Source: Psychrobacter sp. DM4 (GTDB lineage: Bacteria > Pseudomonadota > Gammaproteobacteria > Pseudomonadales > Moraxellaceae). From it: a stretch of DNA of 32,000 bases. Under the pieces are notes generated by a model. The model was not told the DNA's origin and made no database searches. It worked only from the letters and a program-made list of their open reading frames with translations. The stretch spans positions 1,950,001 through 1,982,000 of the forward strand of contig NZ_CP195536.1 in assembly GCF_051307035.1 (NCBI RefSeq), written 5' to 3'. Positions 8,247 to 18,511 of the stretch are shown here, piece by piece. Each line of letters starts with the position of its first letter. Positions within the stretch are counted from its first letter, which is position 1. A program made the position numbers and the translations under genes.

Positions 8247-9482
8247 CTACTCATAACGTAAGGTTTGAGCGGGCTGAATTCTGGCAGCACGGCGCGCCGG
8301 ATAAATAGTGGCCAAGAAACTTAAGATAAAAGATACCCCAGTAATGAGTACTACATCCGTTAAACGCAGCTGTGAAGGCAGATAGTTAATAAAATAAGCA
8401 TCGAATAAATTAAGGCCAAAGCTCTGATTGATAAAGCCCAAGATATCACTGACTGTCAATGCAAATATAACACCAAGCACTGTCCCTGCGACCGTACCGA
8501 TGACCCCAATCACCACCCCTTGTACCATAAAGACCTGCGTAATCAGGCGCGGTGAGGCACCAAAGGTTTTGAGGATTGCGATATCTGCTTTTTTGTCAGT
8601 GACAAGCATGACAAGGCTTGAGACAATGTTAAAGGCGGCAACCAAGATAATCAAAAACAGCAGTAGCCCTACCATTGCTTTTTCCATTTGGATCGCACCA
8701 AACAGATTACCGTGTGTCTGCGTCCAATCATTGGGATAAAGCTGGTTAGGAGCAATAGCCGCGGCGTTCTGCGCTGCTAACGGTGCGTTAAACAAATCAT
8801 TGAGCTTCATGCGAATGCCCTGCGCGCCCTCCGGCAAGCGCAGTAATTTTCCTGCATCACCCATAGGGATGAACGCCATTAGACTGTCAACCTCTGGACT
8901 GATGCTGAAAATACCTGTCAAGGTAAAACGCTTAAAGCGCGGTATCACACCTGCCGCAGACGGTGAAGCTTCTGGCAACACCAAAGTCACTTTGTCGCCC
9001 AAACGTAGTCCGAGCGATTGCACCATCTCCTCCCCCAAAACGATACTAAAATCACCGTTTTTTAGGGTATCAATATCGCCCTCAATCATATTGTCATTAA
9101 TAATTGAGACGTTTTTTTCGTAGTTAGGCTCCACACCTGTCACCATGATGCCAGCCACTTGACCGTTTGAGGTCAGCATGCCTTGAAGCTGGATAAAGGG
9201 CGCAACAGCTGAAACTTCAGGATCCTCTTCGATCTGATTAGCCAGTTGCTCCCAGTTTCCAATCACCTCTGTTGAGATAACCGTTGCCTGCGGCACCATC
9301 CCTAATATTCGGGTTTTAAGCTCACGATCAAAGCCGTTCATCACTGATAATACAGTGATTAGTACCGCCACACCCAAAGTCAGACCGACCATAGATATTA
9401 GAGATATAAAAGAGATAAAACGGTTACTGCGCTCTGCTCGGGTATACCGCAAGCCAATAAATAACGCTAAAGGACGAAACAT
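8247..9482 (-). CDS. lolC: lipoprotein-releasing system permease, LolC/LolE family (single copy, LolF-like arrangement)
   Basis: 411 aa with the typical N-terminus FIGLRYTRAERSNRFISFISLISMVGL, a large periplasmic domain, and a C-terminal FtsX-type 3-TM bundle. Confidence 0.85.
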   Translation of the reverse strand: MFRPLALFIGLRYTRAERSNRFISFISLISMVGLTLGVAVLITVLSVMNGFDRELKTRILGMVPQATVISTEVIGNWEQLANQIEEDPEVSAVAPFIQLQGMLTSNGQVAGIMVTGVEPNYEKNVSIINDNMIEGDIDTLKNGDFSIVLGEEMVQSLGLRLGDKVTLVLPEASPSAAGVIPRFKRFTLTGIFSISPEVDSLMAFIPMGDAGKLLRLPEGAQGIRMKLNDLFNAPLAAQNAAAIAPNQLYPNDWTQTHGNLFGAIQMEKAMVGLLLFLIILVAAFNIVSSLVMLVTDKKADIAILKTFGASPRLITQVFMVQGVVIGVIGTVAGTVLGVIFALTVSDILGFINQSFGLNLFDAYFINYLPSQLRLTDVVLITGVSFILSFLATIYPARRAARIQPAQTLRYE

Positions 9483-9904
9483 ATTTAAACTCTTTATCTT
9501 ATCTGTAGAAGCCTACTTGAAGTATACGAAACAACTGGTCAAACAGTCGCTAAAAAATGAGGTCTACGTACAGATAGGGTTTTAGACGCACCGTTAATGC
9601 TGGTCGCCAAAAAACGGCTAGTTTGACACAAATCATCTCACATGTGCCAGCGATTCACATAAACTCCTCGTACTTTTTATCAAAATCAGACGCGATGTCA
9701 TTATTTTTTATGAGGGGCTTGCTATTAGTTATCCTAATACCTATATATTGTATGCTAAGGACGAATTAATCCATTAACAGAACTGGATAAGCGTGCGCCT
9801 ATTATGGCGAGGTATTGTTAACCGTTATCGGTAACTCATTTATCTCTATGTAAGCGCCTGCTTTATTGCCAGGTTTTGTGACTGACTACATTTTGAGTAC
9901 TCTC

Positions 9905-10849
9905 ATGACTATTAACTATCAATATAAAAACGTACAAGCCCCTACAAAAATAACTTTGAGTGATGATCAGACCGCAGGTCATGGTGATCATTGGCGTATA
10001 TTAACGGACGATATGAGCCGTGACGTACCAGAATGGCTGCAGGGGATGATTGAAAAAGCGACGATGCCAAAAGGTCTTAACACTAGTGCTAGCGCTGAAG
10101 ACAAGTGCCTATTGCTCTCAGAAAATCAGCCCTGTCATATCAATCAAGTGCTCGCTATGCGTGATGGCAAGCCTGAATGCTTCATCAATGCTTACCCTTG
10201 TGTCGATGGTCCTTACGGCCTGAAGTGTCGAATCGAGCGCATTATCGCCAATGAAAACACTCAAGATGCGGTATTACGACTACGCAGTGTTGATGGTAGT
10301 ATTATCTATGCTTTCGATCAGCTATATACTGCCAATCATCAGCTTTACCAACAAGGTACTCCCTATTTTGTCAATTTTAGCGCTTGGGCACATGAGATCA
10401 GTCTGAGTGAACAAAGTGAGGTAATTAAGGTTGAAGATGCCGATGCCATTCGCTATCACCGTGCCTTTAATGACATCGTTGCCGCTAATGACGGTCAAGT
10501 ACCAAAAGACGTTCAAGAGCAGATCAAAGACTGGCAGCCTGAAACCAAAGAGCAGATGGCTCCTATTGAGATCAATTTAGGTCACATGTGTGCGTATTTG
10601 TTTGGTGATACCTTAGGTCAAGAAGACGAAGCTTGGTGTCAAGGGCAAGTACTAGGTAAGCAAGAGACGATATTTAATGGTAAATCCATTATATTGTTCG
10701 ATGTGGTCGTTTTGCGTGAGCAAGATGCGGATCCATTTGTTGTTCGTATTGGTGCTGCTCATACGCAGCAGACTAATGCCATTAGCGTCAATGATTACAT
10801 ACAAGCTAATATCTGGCTACAAGCGGCTATCTACAAAGAGAACCAATAA
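9905..10849 (+). CDS. hypothetical protein (314 aa from ATG 9905; the ORF track extends to TTG 9866)
   Basis: Long ORF with ordinary-looking composition, ending just before a strong terminator. No TM segment, signal peptide or recognisable motif. A Cys-rich stretch occurs at DKCLLLSENQPCHINQ...PECFINAYPCVDGPYGLKC. Confidence 0.6.
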   Translation: MTINYQYKNVQAPTKITLSDDQTAGHGDHWRILTDDMSRDVPEWLQGMIEKATMPKGLNTSASAEDKCLLLSENQPCHINQVLAMRDGKPECFINAYPCVDGPYGLKCRIERIIANENTQDAVLRLRSVDGSIIYAFDQLYTANHQLYQQGTPYFVNFSAWAHEISLSEQSEVIKVEDADAIRYHRAFNDIVAANDGQVPKDVQEQIKDWQPETKEQMAPIEINLGHMCAYLFGDTLGQEDEAWCQGQVLGKQETIFNGKSIILFDVVVLREQDADPFVVRIGAAHTQQTNAISVNDYIQANIWLQAAIYKENQ

Positions 10850-10891
10850 TTAGAAAACAATAACTAAAAGATAAATACCTTTACTAATACC

Positions 10892-10926
10892 AAAAAAGAG
10901 CCTCTAATTTATTAGAGGCTCTTTTT
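10892..10926. terminator. Bidirectional rho-independent terminator between convergent genes
   Basis: Perfect 11-bp stem agagcctctaa (10897-10907) / ttagaggctct (10912-10922) with loop ttta, flanked by A6 upstream and T-run downstream. Confidence 0.85.
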
Positions 10927-10991
10927 GTGACTGTCTAAAACACTTGTGAGCGGTATTTCTGTAACAGCTTGCTGCTAGTTGAATCTAGCGC

Positions 10992-11381
10992 TTAGGCCAT
11001 AGTCGTCATATCTTTGACTTTTTTGAACAGCTCTTTTTGCTCTGAGCTTGGGCGCGCCGTTTGTACTGCCATTAGCTGCGACATGTCGCCTTCGACGCGA
11101 ATTTTACCACTCATAAAGGCGCCCATGATCTGATTCATATCAAAGCCAGTAACGAAAGACTGTAGAGTCTCGCGATCAAGTAACAACGTTGTTGTAGCAT
11201 CGTGATTGAGGCCACGGTTTAAAAGACCGTCAGCAAAGTTAGCGTCCATAACGTTATCACCGTCAGACACTTTGAGATTGATAACCATATTGGCTAGTGC
11301 TGGTGGCAAGTTTAGCTCGCCTGCCTCACGACCTAACGTCTCAACTTCATTGAACCATTCATCTGTCAAAAAAACTGCCAT
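10992..11381 (-). CDS. SCP2 sterol-binding domain-containing protein
   Basis: The C-terminal FMSGKIRVEGDMSQLMAVQ resembles the SCP2 signature (GKLKIxGDMxLAxKL). I prefer the ATG at 11381, which is preceded by AAGGA, over the ATG at 11405 used in the ORF track. Confidence 0.7.
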   Translation of the reverse strand: MAVFLTDEWFNEVETLGREAGELNLPPALANMVINLKVSDGDNVMDANFADGLLNRGLNHDATTTLLLDRETLQSFVTGFDMNQIMGAFMSGKIRVEGDMSQLMAVQTARPSSEQKELFKKVKDMTTMA

Positions 11382-12107
11382 GGTATTATCCTTAATTATT
11401 GTCATGCTGACATTTAGTATTATTGAAAGTAATGATGCTTAGATAGGATTGAGATAAATAACTTAAAAAGCCATTTATCTAAAATCTTAAATTCTAAACA
11501 TCTTGATCCCTATAGGATACTCGTTTTCATTCTCATTATAGAGTGCAAGAAGCTTGCAAGTAAAACCCCAATTCAGTCCCAATGACTAAATTGTAACAAA
11601 AAGGTTATCTTAAACCTTACCTTGTGCCTAATACAAAAATCAGAATTCAAGGCCATAACAGCACTTTTAATAATTAGTTGTCTGGATAATAATTTACCAA
11701 AGAGTTTGTATTTTGAGTCACAGTTCTGATGATATTTGCTTAAGATTGCGTTACAATACCCTTAAACAGAGTCAGGAGTTTTAACCAAACATTGTGTAGA
11801 CGCGACTTATATTAGACGCAGCTGGTCTACATTTATGATTTGTATCCTATTTTTATAACTGTTTGGTGCATAATTACCACATTTGTCCTACCATTTTTGA
11901 CTCTAGTTGATACTTAGATCTCGTCAAATACTACTATCCTACAAACACTTATTCTAAGCTATTAATCCCTTACGAGTGTTTATACGATAGTAGTAGTGAT
12001 TGCCCTAAAAGGTATTCTTGTGAGGTAATTAGCGATTGAGTATTATTTTTCGGTAGCGTATTGATGGTTAATTCTGTTGATAATTTAGGCTGTAAAGGAA
12101 TCATCCC

Positions 12108-13589
12108 ATGAGTTTACAAAACACAGCAATCGCCCCCGTTGATAGTGAGTACGAAATCACTATCGTGCGATTCTTTACGACGATGACCGTCATTTGGGGC
12201 ATTGTCGGCATGAGCCTAGGTGTATTTATTGCATCGCAATTGGCTTGGCCTGCACTCAATTTTGACATTCCATGGCTGACATTTAGTCATCTAAGACCTC
12301 TACATACGAACGCTGTCATCTTTGCGTTTGGTGGTTGTGCTCTCTTTGCAACGTCTTATTATATTGTTCAACGTACCTGTAAGACAAGGTTGTTCGCGCC
12401 GTATTTGGCATGGTTTACCTTTTGGGGTTGGCAGGCGGTTATTGTCGCGGCCGTCATTACTCTGCCTATGGGTTTGACCTCATCTAAAGAGTATGCGGAA
12501 CTTGAATGGCCTATTGATATTTTGATTGGACTGGTGTGGATATCTTATGCCATTGTGTTCTTTGGTACTTTGATTAAGCGTAAGACGTCGCATATCTATG
12601 TGGCTAACTGGTTCTTTGCAGCTTTTATTATTACGATTGCGTTACTACATATTGTAAACAGCATGGCAATTCCTGTTAGCGCCTTTAAGTCTTATTCGCT
12701 CTATGGCGGTGCTACTGATGCGATGGTGCAATGGTGGTATGGTCACAATGCGGTAGGGTTTTATCTCACAGCAGCCTTTTTGGGTATGATGTATTACTTT
12801 GTACCTGTACAGATTGGTCGTCCTATCTACTCATATCGCTTATCTATTGTGCATTTTTGGGCCTTGATTGCCGCATATATGTGGGCAGGCGGTCATCACC
12901 TTCATTATTCTGCGCTTCCAGATTGGACACAGTCACTAGCGATGGTCTTTTCAATCATTCTATTTGCGCCTTCTTGGGGCGGGATGATCAACGGCGTATT
13001 AACACTCTCAGGCAGCTGGGATAAATTACGTACGGATCCAATCATTCGCTTTATGATCGTGGCTTTATCGTTTTATGCGATGTCAACGTTCGAAGGTCCA
13101 ATGATGTCAATCAAGACAGTTAATGCTCTGTCACATAACACGGATTGGACTATTGGTCACGTGCATTCAGGTGCACTCGGCTGGGTCGGTATGATTACGA
13201 TTGGCTCGTTATATGTCTTGCTGCCACGTATTTATAATAAGCCTAAAATGTACTCTATTAGCTTGATTACGACGCATTTTTGGCTAGCGACAGCAGGTAC
13301 TATTTTCTATATCGTCTCTATGTGGATATCAGGTATCGGTCAGGGCATGATGTGGCTTGCCACCAATCCTGACGGTACATTGGTATATAGTTTTGTTGAT
13401 ACGGTTGAGTTCTCGCATTATCCCTACATCGGTCGCGCCTTTGGTGGTCTGCTCTATGTATCAGGTATGTTTATTATGGCCTACAACGTCTATCGCACGA
13501 TTAAGATGCCAGAAGGTAAGCCTGTTATGCTCGCTGATCCAACAGATCATAACCCTAGTGTTGATGAACCACAGACCGCTAAAGTATAA
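12108..13589 (+). CDS. ccoN: cytochrome c oxidase, cbb3-type, subunit I (CcoN)
   Basis: 493 aa, polytopic. Heme-copper oxidase histidines occur in cbb3 context ([30 protein letters not shown]). ccoO, ccoQ and ccoP follow. Confidence 0.95.
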   Translation: MSLQNTAIAPVDSEYEITIVRFFTTMTVIWGIVGMSLGVFIASQLAWPALNFDIPWLTFSHLRPLHTNAVIFAFGGCALFATSYYIVQRTCKTRLFAPYLAWFTFWGWQAVIVAAVITLPMGLTSSKEYAELEWPIDILIGLVWISYAIVFFGTLIKRKTSHIYVANWFFAAFIITIALLHIVNSMAIPVSAFKSYSLYGGATDAMVQWWYGHNAVGFYLTAAFLGMMYYFVPVQIGRPIYSYRLSIVHFWALIAAYMWAGGHHLHYSALPDWTQSLAMVFSIILFAPSWGGMINGVLTLSGSWDKLRTDPIIRFMIVALSFYAMSTFEGPMMSIKTVNALSHNTDWTIGHVHSGALGWVGMITIGSLYVLLPRIYNKPKMYSISLITTHFWLATAGTIFYIVSMWISGIGQGMMWLATNPDGTLVYSFVDTVEFSHYPYIGRAFGGLLYVSGMFIMAYNVYRTIKMPEGKPVMLADPTDHNPSVDEPQTAKV

Positions 13590-13598
13590 GGAGCAATC

Positions 13599-14237
13599 AT
13601 GGCTGGTACACCGCATGAAATTATTGAAAAAAACACAGGTTTGCTCGTTATCGGTATCGTCATCGCAATTAGCTTTGCAACGCTCGTTGAGATCGTACCT
13701 TTAATATATGATTACAAACCTGCTGAAGCGGGCGGAGTGAATAAGCCTCTGCCCTCCATGGAACCATGGACGGCGCTTGAGTTTGAAGGTCGTGATATCT
13801 ATATTCGTGAAGGCTGTCACGTTTGTCATACGCAAATGGTACGTCCATTACGTGCCGAGGTTGAGCGCTACGGTCCTTACTCACGCGCTGCAGAATCGAC
13901 ATGGGATCACCCTTTTCTTTGGGGCTCTAAACGTACAGGTCCTGACCTAGCACGGGTTGGTGGGCGCTATTCTGAAGATTGGCAAAAGCAGCACTTGATT
14001 GCGCCAAGATCTTTGGTTCCTGAGTCTGTTATGCCAGGGTTCCCTTGGCTTGCAACCAGCGAAGTTGATGGCGTCAAGGTACAGAGCAAAATGCAATTGT
14101 TCCGCGACCGTTTTGGCGTCCCTTATACGCAAGAAGATATCGATGGTGCTCCTGATGCGGTACTGGGTGCCACTGAACTTGACGCTCTAGTTGCTTATTT
14201 ACAGCAATTAGGTACCGCAATGGAAGGACAGCGCTAA
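13599..14237 (+). CDS. ccoO: cytochrome c oxidase, cbb3-type, subunit II (CcoO, monoheme)
   Basis: N-terminal TM anchor and a single heme-c motif [11 protein letters not shown]. It lies 10 bp after ccoN. Confidence 0.95.
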   Translation: MAGTPHEIIEKNTGLLVIGIVIAISFATLVEIVPLIYDYKPAEAGGVNKPLPSMEPWTALEFEGRDIYIREGCHVCHTQMVRPLRAEVERYGPYSRAAESTWDHPFLWGSKRTGPDLARVGGRYSEDWQKQHLIAPRSLVPESVMPGFPWLATSEVDGVKVQSKMQLFRDRFGVPYTQEDIDGAPDAVLGATELDALVAYLQQLGTAMEGQR

Positions 14238-14419
14238 TGGGTATTGGTGAACTACAGACAATCGCAACCGTTTCTGCTTTCATCGCCTTTATTGGTGTTG
14301 CCTGGTGGGCGTATTCACCAAAAAACAAAAAACGCTTCGAAGAAGATGCACAACTTGCGCTTGATGACGAGCATATTAAATCTTTGTCTGATGAGCAGCG
14401 CAATAAGGATAAACCATGA
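14237..14419 (+). CDS. ccoQ: cbb3-type cytochrome oxidase subunit CcoQ
   Basis: 60 aa with a single TM segment (TIATVSAFIAFIGVAWWAY). It is start/stop coupled on both sides (TAATG with ccoO, ATGA with ccoP). Confidence 0.8.
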   Translation: MGIGELQTIATVSAFIAFIGVAWWAYSPKNKKRFEEDAQLALDDEHIKSLSDEQRNKDKP

Positions 14420-15564
14420 CATTTTTTTGGAGTTCTTGGATAACTATACTCAGTATCGGGTGTTGGGTCTTTATTCTTGGGGTCTTGCTGTTTGTAATCA
14501 AATACAAGCCTACCGTAGAAGAAGATGGCACGACTGGGCACGAGTATGATGGTATTCGAGAGTATGATAAAGCGCTGCCCAAATGGTGGCTGGTGATATT
14601 TTTTGGCTCAATCGTTTGGGGCGTTGCTTACTGGGTGTTTTTCCCAGGTATTTTGCCATCGCATTGGAATGGTGTCGCGACGGTAGAAGTTGATGGCGAA
14701 ACCGTTCCTTGGACGTCAAAGAACGAGCTGTTTAGTGAGCTTGAAGAGAATAACAAAATCTTTACGAACAATTTTGAGCAAAGCATTTTGGTTAAAGCAA
14801 ATGCGGCAAATGCTACAAGTACCCTCAATCAGCTAAGAGAGTTGCAAGCGACTATGCGTCGTAGTGATAATCCGCCGGCTGACTTGCAGACTCGAATTGA
14901 CGAAGAGATCGCAGCTCTCTCTCCTGCTGTAGAAAAGCTGGCGCAAGATCCAAATGCACTCAAAGTGGGTAGCCGTCTCTTCTTACAGAACTGCTCGGTA
15001 TGTCATGGCTCTAATGCCAAAGGCGCTTTAGGATATCCTAACTTAACTGACAATGACTGGTTATACGGTGGTGAAGCGACTAATATTTTGACAACGCTTC
15101 ATAATGGTCGTATCGGCGGTATGCCTGCATGGCGTGATCAGCTTGGTGAAGAAGGCGTACGTGACGTTTCAGAATATGTTCTATCGTTATCACCGAATAA
15201 TGGTAGTACTAAGAATGGTGAGCTTGATCAATCTTTAGTTGCTCAAGGCGAAGTTATTTTTACCAAAAACTGCGCGTTATGCCATGGTCAGAACGCCAAA
15301 GGTATGATTTCAGCAGGTGCGCCAAATCTTACGGATACGATTTGGTTATATGGCGGCGAACGTGAAAATGTCCGTGACACTTTACGTTATGGTCGTGCTG
15401 GTGTGATGCCTGAATGGGAAACCAAGCTTGGAAACGAGCGTATCATGCTCTTAGCGGCTTATGTGTACTCGTTGTCAGATAGAACCAATCAGCGTAGTAC
15501 ACCTGCGCCCATGACAGCGGCGACAACTGCAAAAGTCGATGGTAATGTTGCGATTGCGAATTAA
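14416..15564 (+). CDS. ccoP: cytochrome c oxidase, cbb3-type, subunit III (CcoP, diheme)
   Basis: N-terminal TM region and two CXXCH motifs (CSVCHG, CALCHG). At 382 aa it is longer than the roughly 300-325 aa I remember for CcoP, owing to a linker between the TM region and the first heme domain and a C-terminal tail. Confidence 0.9.
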   Translation: MTFFWSSWITILSIGCWVFILGVLLFVIKYKPTVEEDGTTGHEYDGIREYDKALPKWWLVIFFGSIVWGVAYWVFFPGILPSHWNGVATVEVDGETVPWTSKNELFSELEENNKIFTNNFEQSILVKANAANATSTLNQLRELQATMRRSDNPPADLQTRIDEEIAALSPAVEKLAQDPNALKVGSRLFLQNCSVCHGSNAKGALGYPNLTDNDWLYGGEATNILTTLHNGRIGGMPAWRDQLGEEGVRDVSEYVLSLSPNNGSTKNGELDQSLVAQGEVIFTKNCALCHGQNAKGMISAGAPNLTDTIWLYGGERENVRDTLRYGRAGVMPEWETKLGNERIMLLAAYVYSLSDRTNQRSTPAPMTAATTAKVDGNVAIAN

Positions 15565-15585
15565 TTCATCGTATTAAAATGCGTC

Positions 15586-15622
15586 AAAAAAGGAGGGTTG
15601 TCATTACAGCCCTCCTTTTTTT
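15586..15622 (+). terminator. Rho-independent terminator after ccoP
   Basis: Stem aggaggg (15591-15597) / ccctcct (15610-15616), preceded by an A-run and followed by T7. Confidence 0.85.
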
Positions 15623-16090
15623 ATAAGTGTATCTTTGGCAATTAGCGCAATGCTTACGCTGTATCCTTCGACTAACATTCTGGGTTTAATTGCCGCTTAC
15701 CATTCTTAGGGCGTGTCATCATTTAGATTGTGAGGCTTAAAATGAGAAAAATTGCAGTCAACAAGGAAAATAGCGCAGATAATATCGAGATATTAACCAG
15801 TTGTTTGACAATGTTTGGCAAAATTTAACCATTTTAAGACCACTAAATGAGTCAATGTGCTAATTGATGATACGCCCTAGTATATGATTGTTTTTTTTGA
15901 TTACCTCCCCATTTATAGTAGGGGTAATGATAAAATAGAAGGCATGTACCAAGTCGTTATTCTAGCTCCTTAGATTGCTTAAATAACAATAAGTATAGGC
16001 TTGGCGACATTCATTGTTGCACTATTAGTTCCTTGAGACTCAACTGCTATTAAAGGTCTTAATAGACTGATTTTTTATAGAGGCACGTTT

Positions 16091-17500
16091 ATGTCAGCAT
16101 CGCAGCCAAATAGAATACCTATCAAACAGATTGACCTAGACGCTACCAAACAACGCGTACATACACGATTTGTGACAGGGTTTTACCAAAATATTCGTGT
16201 GGTGACTATGTATGCGCTATTAGCAGCGTTTTTGTTACTGCCGTGGCTGCGTTATGATGGCAGACAAGCGATTTGGTTTGATGTGCCATCCCAGCATTAT
16301 TATATCTTTGGTATGACATTTTTAACCCAAGACTTTTATTTTATCGCAGCTTTTGCACTGATTGCAGCGTTTACTTTATTTATGGTGACGGTATTTGCAG
16401 GTCGCGTTTGGTGTGGTTATGCTTGCCCGCAAACCATTTGGACGCATCTATACCAACATATTGAAAAGTGGGTCATTGGCGATCGCAACAAACGTATCAA
16501 ATTTGATAAATCTGCGATGGGACCTACCAAAGCTTTTAAACGAAGTTTGGTATATCTGATTTGGTTTGTACTCTCTGTTGTGACCGCAGCAACCTTTGTT
16601 AGCTATGTCGCTGGTACAAACTATGTCTTTGGTAGCTGGCAGATGTTTGGAATCATTCCGTTCCCTGATTGGCCAACTTGGATTTGGGTGTCGATGTTTA
16701 TTTTTACGTTCGCAACCTATGCCAACGCCGGTTATATGCGCGAGCAGATGTGTATTCAGATCTGTCCTTACGGACGTTTTCAAAGCGTCATGTTCGACAA
16801 AGACACGCTTATTGTCTCTTATGATTATGAGCGCGGTGAGCCACGTGGAGCCCGTAAAAAAGGCACCAACCCTGATGATTTGGGAGATTGTATTGAGTGC
16901 ACGATGTGTGTTCAGGTCTGTCCAACGGGTATTGATATTCGAGACGGTTTGCAAGTTGCTTGTATTCAGTGCGCTGCATGTGTCGATGCATGTAATGAGG
17001 TTATGGACAAAGTCGGCTATCCGCGCGGGCTCATTCGCTATACTACTGAGCGTCAACTGGCTGAAAAAACACCAAGCCGCGTTCTACGCCCTCGCCTCTT
17101 TGCTTATCTGGCGCTACTTGCTATTTTATGTGGTGGCCTGATCTTTGCCTTAACTGATCGTGTGCCTTTGGAGATTGATATACGCCGTGATCGAAACCAA
17201 CTCTCTTCGATGAACGCACAGGGCATGATAGAGAACAGCTATGTGGTTAAACTTACGAATAAGACTCAAGATGAACACACTTACAAAATTACTTTGGCGC
17301 CGCAAGAGGGCTTAAGTTTACAGCTACGCTTTAATGATGTGCCACTAGTAGCAGGCGAGAGCTTTGATATGTCAGTTAGCGTCTACGGTGACCCAGCTGT
17401 AGTTGCGTCTGGTCAGACGCCTATTACCTTGAATGTTATAAGCGAGGACGGTCAATATAGCGTTAGTAAAGACAATGTCTTCACTACGCAAGGGCAGTAA
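16091..17500 (+). CDS. ccoG: cytochrome c oxidase accessory protein CcoG/FixG (4Fe-4S ferredoxin-type)
   Basis: CGYACPQT near the N-terminal TM segments, plus two ferredoxin clusters CIECTMCVQVCP and CIQCAACVDAC. Size is 469 aa. Confidence 0.9.
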   Translation: MSASQPNRIPIKQIDLDATKQRVHTRFVTGFYQNIRVVTMYALLAAFLLLPWLRYDGRQAIWFDVPSQHYYIFGMTFLTQDFYFIAAFALIAAFTLFMVTVFAGRVWCGYACPQTIWTHLYQHIEKWVIGDRNKRIKFDKSAMGPTKAFKRSLVYLIWFVLSVVTAATFVSYVAGTNYVFGSWQMFGIIPFPDWPTWIWVSMFIFTFATYANAGYMREQMCIQICPYGRFQSVMFDKDTLIVSYDYERGEPRGARKKGTNPDDLGDCIECTMCVQVCPTGIDIRDGLQVACIQCAACVDACNEVMDKVGYPRGLIRYTTERQLAEKTPSRVLRPRLFAYLALLAILCGGLIFALTDRVPLEIDIRRDRNQLSSMNAQGMIENSYVVKLTNKTQDEHTYKITLAPQEGLSLQLRFNDVPLVAGESFDMSVSVYGDPAVVASGQTPITLNVISEDGQYSVSKDNVFTTQGQ

Positions 17501-17621
17501 GCTTATATTGATAGCTTGAGTGTGGTAGTAAGCGTCAGAATAAATCGCGGCTTTTTACTCATTTATCGATCTACATCGGTATAGCCGCGTCATCATTTAT
17601 ACTATATTTAGCAGGTGCTTT

Positions 17622-18206
17622 ATGTCTACCCCATCACCAAATTTTAAACATCAAGACAGCCAGCCATGGTACAAGAATTACATGGTGATTATTTTTGTCA
17701 TTGGTCTGCCTGCGTTTGTCGTTGTGGCCTGTATTTTTTTCGTGTATTACTCTTATCAGATTCGAGATAGCGTGGTACGTGATGACTGGTACATGGATGG
17801 CAAGACGCTATATCATGATGTATCGCGAGACAAGCTGACTTATGACTTGGATATACATGGTGATATGCGTTTTTCTGATAGCGGTGACATTACCTTTTAT
17901 CTCAATTATCCTGAGCAAAGTATGCAAACGGGTAAACTAAAAAACGGTACTGCCCTCACCTATCCTGATACTTTGGACTTGTCTATCTCTCATGCCACCG
18001 ATATCAAAAAAGATCGCGATGTTGTGTTGACACATCAAGAAGACAATAAATATACAGCGCAAGTCGATATAGATCCGCTCACAGCCAAGTACTACTTACA
18101 AGTGAGTAGTGACGGCGCTGATGATTGGCGCATGCGTGACGTTGCTAGATTACCGCGCTCTAAGGTCAGCTTTGATCCTTTACCCGTTTTTGGTAAATCA
18201 GGTTAA
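17622..18206 (+). CDS. ccoH: FixH/CcoH family protein
   Basis: 194 aa. PWYKNYMVIIFVIGLPAFVVVACIFF followed by VVRDDWYMDGK is typical of FixH. It lies directly after ccoG. Confidence 0.75.
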   Translation: MSTPSPNFKHQDSQPWYKNYMVIIFVIGLPAFVVVACIFFVYYSYQIRDSVVRDDWYMDGKTLYHDVSRDKLTYDLDIHGDMRFSDSGDITFYLNYPEQSMQTGKLKNGTALTYPDTLDLSISHATDIKKDRDVVLTHQEDNKYTAQVDIDPLTAKYYLQVSSDGADDWRMRDVARLPRSKVSFDPLPVFGKSG

Positions 18207-18231
18207 TAGATAAAGTGATACTATGGTTATA

Positions 18232-18264
18232 AATACCAGCCTATAAGTGGCTGGTATTTTGGTT
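18232..18264 (+). terminator. Rho-independent terminator after ccoH
   Basis: Stem aataccagcc (18232-18241) / ggctggtatt (18249-18258) with loop tataagt, followed by ttggttt. Confidence 0.75.
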
Positions 18265-18511
18265 TAGAATTTATAGCATTAAATTGATGACTATAGTTTT
18301 AGATTAATGACTTTTAGTATAACTTATGACCTTTGTAGTATTAGCAATATCAAACGTATTGCTAGACTTTATTAGCTATCAAGAAGCGTAGCGGTGACTT
18401 CAACCTATACTCTGTGCTTATGTACAAAGAATAAATTTGCTAAAATGGCGAGCTTTAATATATTAGACGTCGTTTTTGAGGATAGACGTCACTCCAAATC
18501 ATGAGACATTT

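Noticed and set aside
9866-9904. N-terminal extensions from TTG starts in the ORF track (9866, 18476, 26821)
   Set aside because: In each case an in-frame ATG with better context lies shortly downstream (9905, 18512, 26890). For 26821 the extension would also read through leader hairpins.
11835-11848. Possible FNR/Anr box ATGAT-TTGT-ATCCT upstream of ccoN
   Set aside because: Only about 7 of 10 consensus positions match, and it lies about 270 bp from the start codon. Other TTGA-containing sites (11502, 11897, 12061, 12077) are worse. It is not reported as a feature.
12064-12111. 15-codon upstream ORF ([15 protein letters not shown]) whose TGA overlaps the ccoN ATG (ATGA)
   Set aside because: It looks attractive as a coupling uORF, but it has no Shine-Dalgarno sequence. 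Such short ORFs are expected by chance in AT-rich DNA, so I cannot support it without conservation data.
14074-14541. 155-aa minus-strand ORF spanning ccoO/ccoQ/ccoP
   Set aside because: It is antisense to three translationally coupled, motif-bearing cco genes, and its composition is atypical.
15742-15828. 28-codon ORF (MRKIAVNKENSADNIEILTSCLTMFGKI) with GAGG 6 nt upstream, in the ccoP-ccoG spacer
   Set aside because: It has no TM helix, so it is not CcoS- or CcoM-like, and it matches no family I know. It is too short to call from sequence alone.
16448-17141. 202-aa (-) and 181-aa (+) ORFs overlapping ccoG
   Set aside because: Both lie entirely inside the well-supported ccoG frame with its ferredoxin Cys clusters. 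Their translations are Arg/Cys/Ser-rich with no motifs.
18207-18511. preQ1 riboswitch upstream of queC
   Set aside because: I could not find the small hairpin plus A-rich tail architecture. Only a duplicated tagacgtc octamer (about 18464-18490) stands out, which is insufficient.
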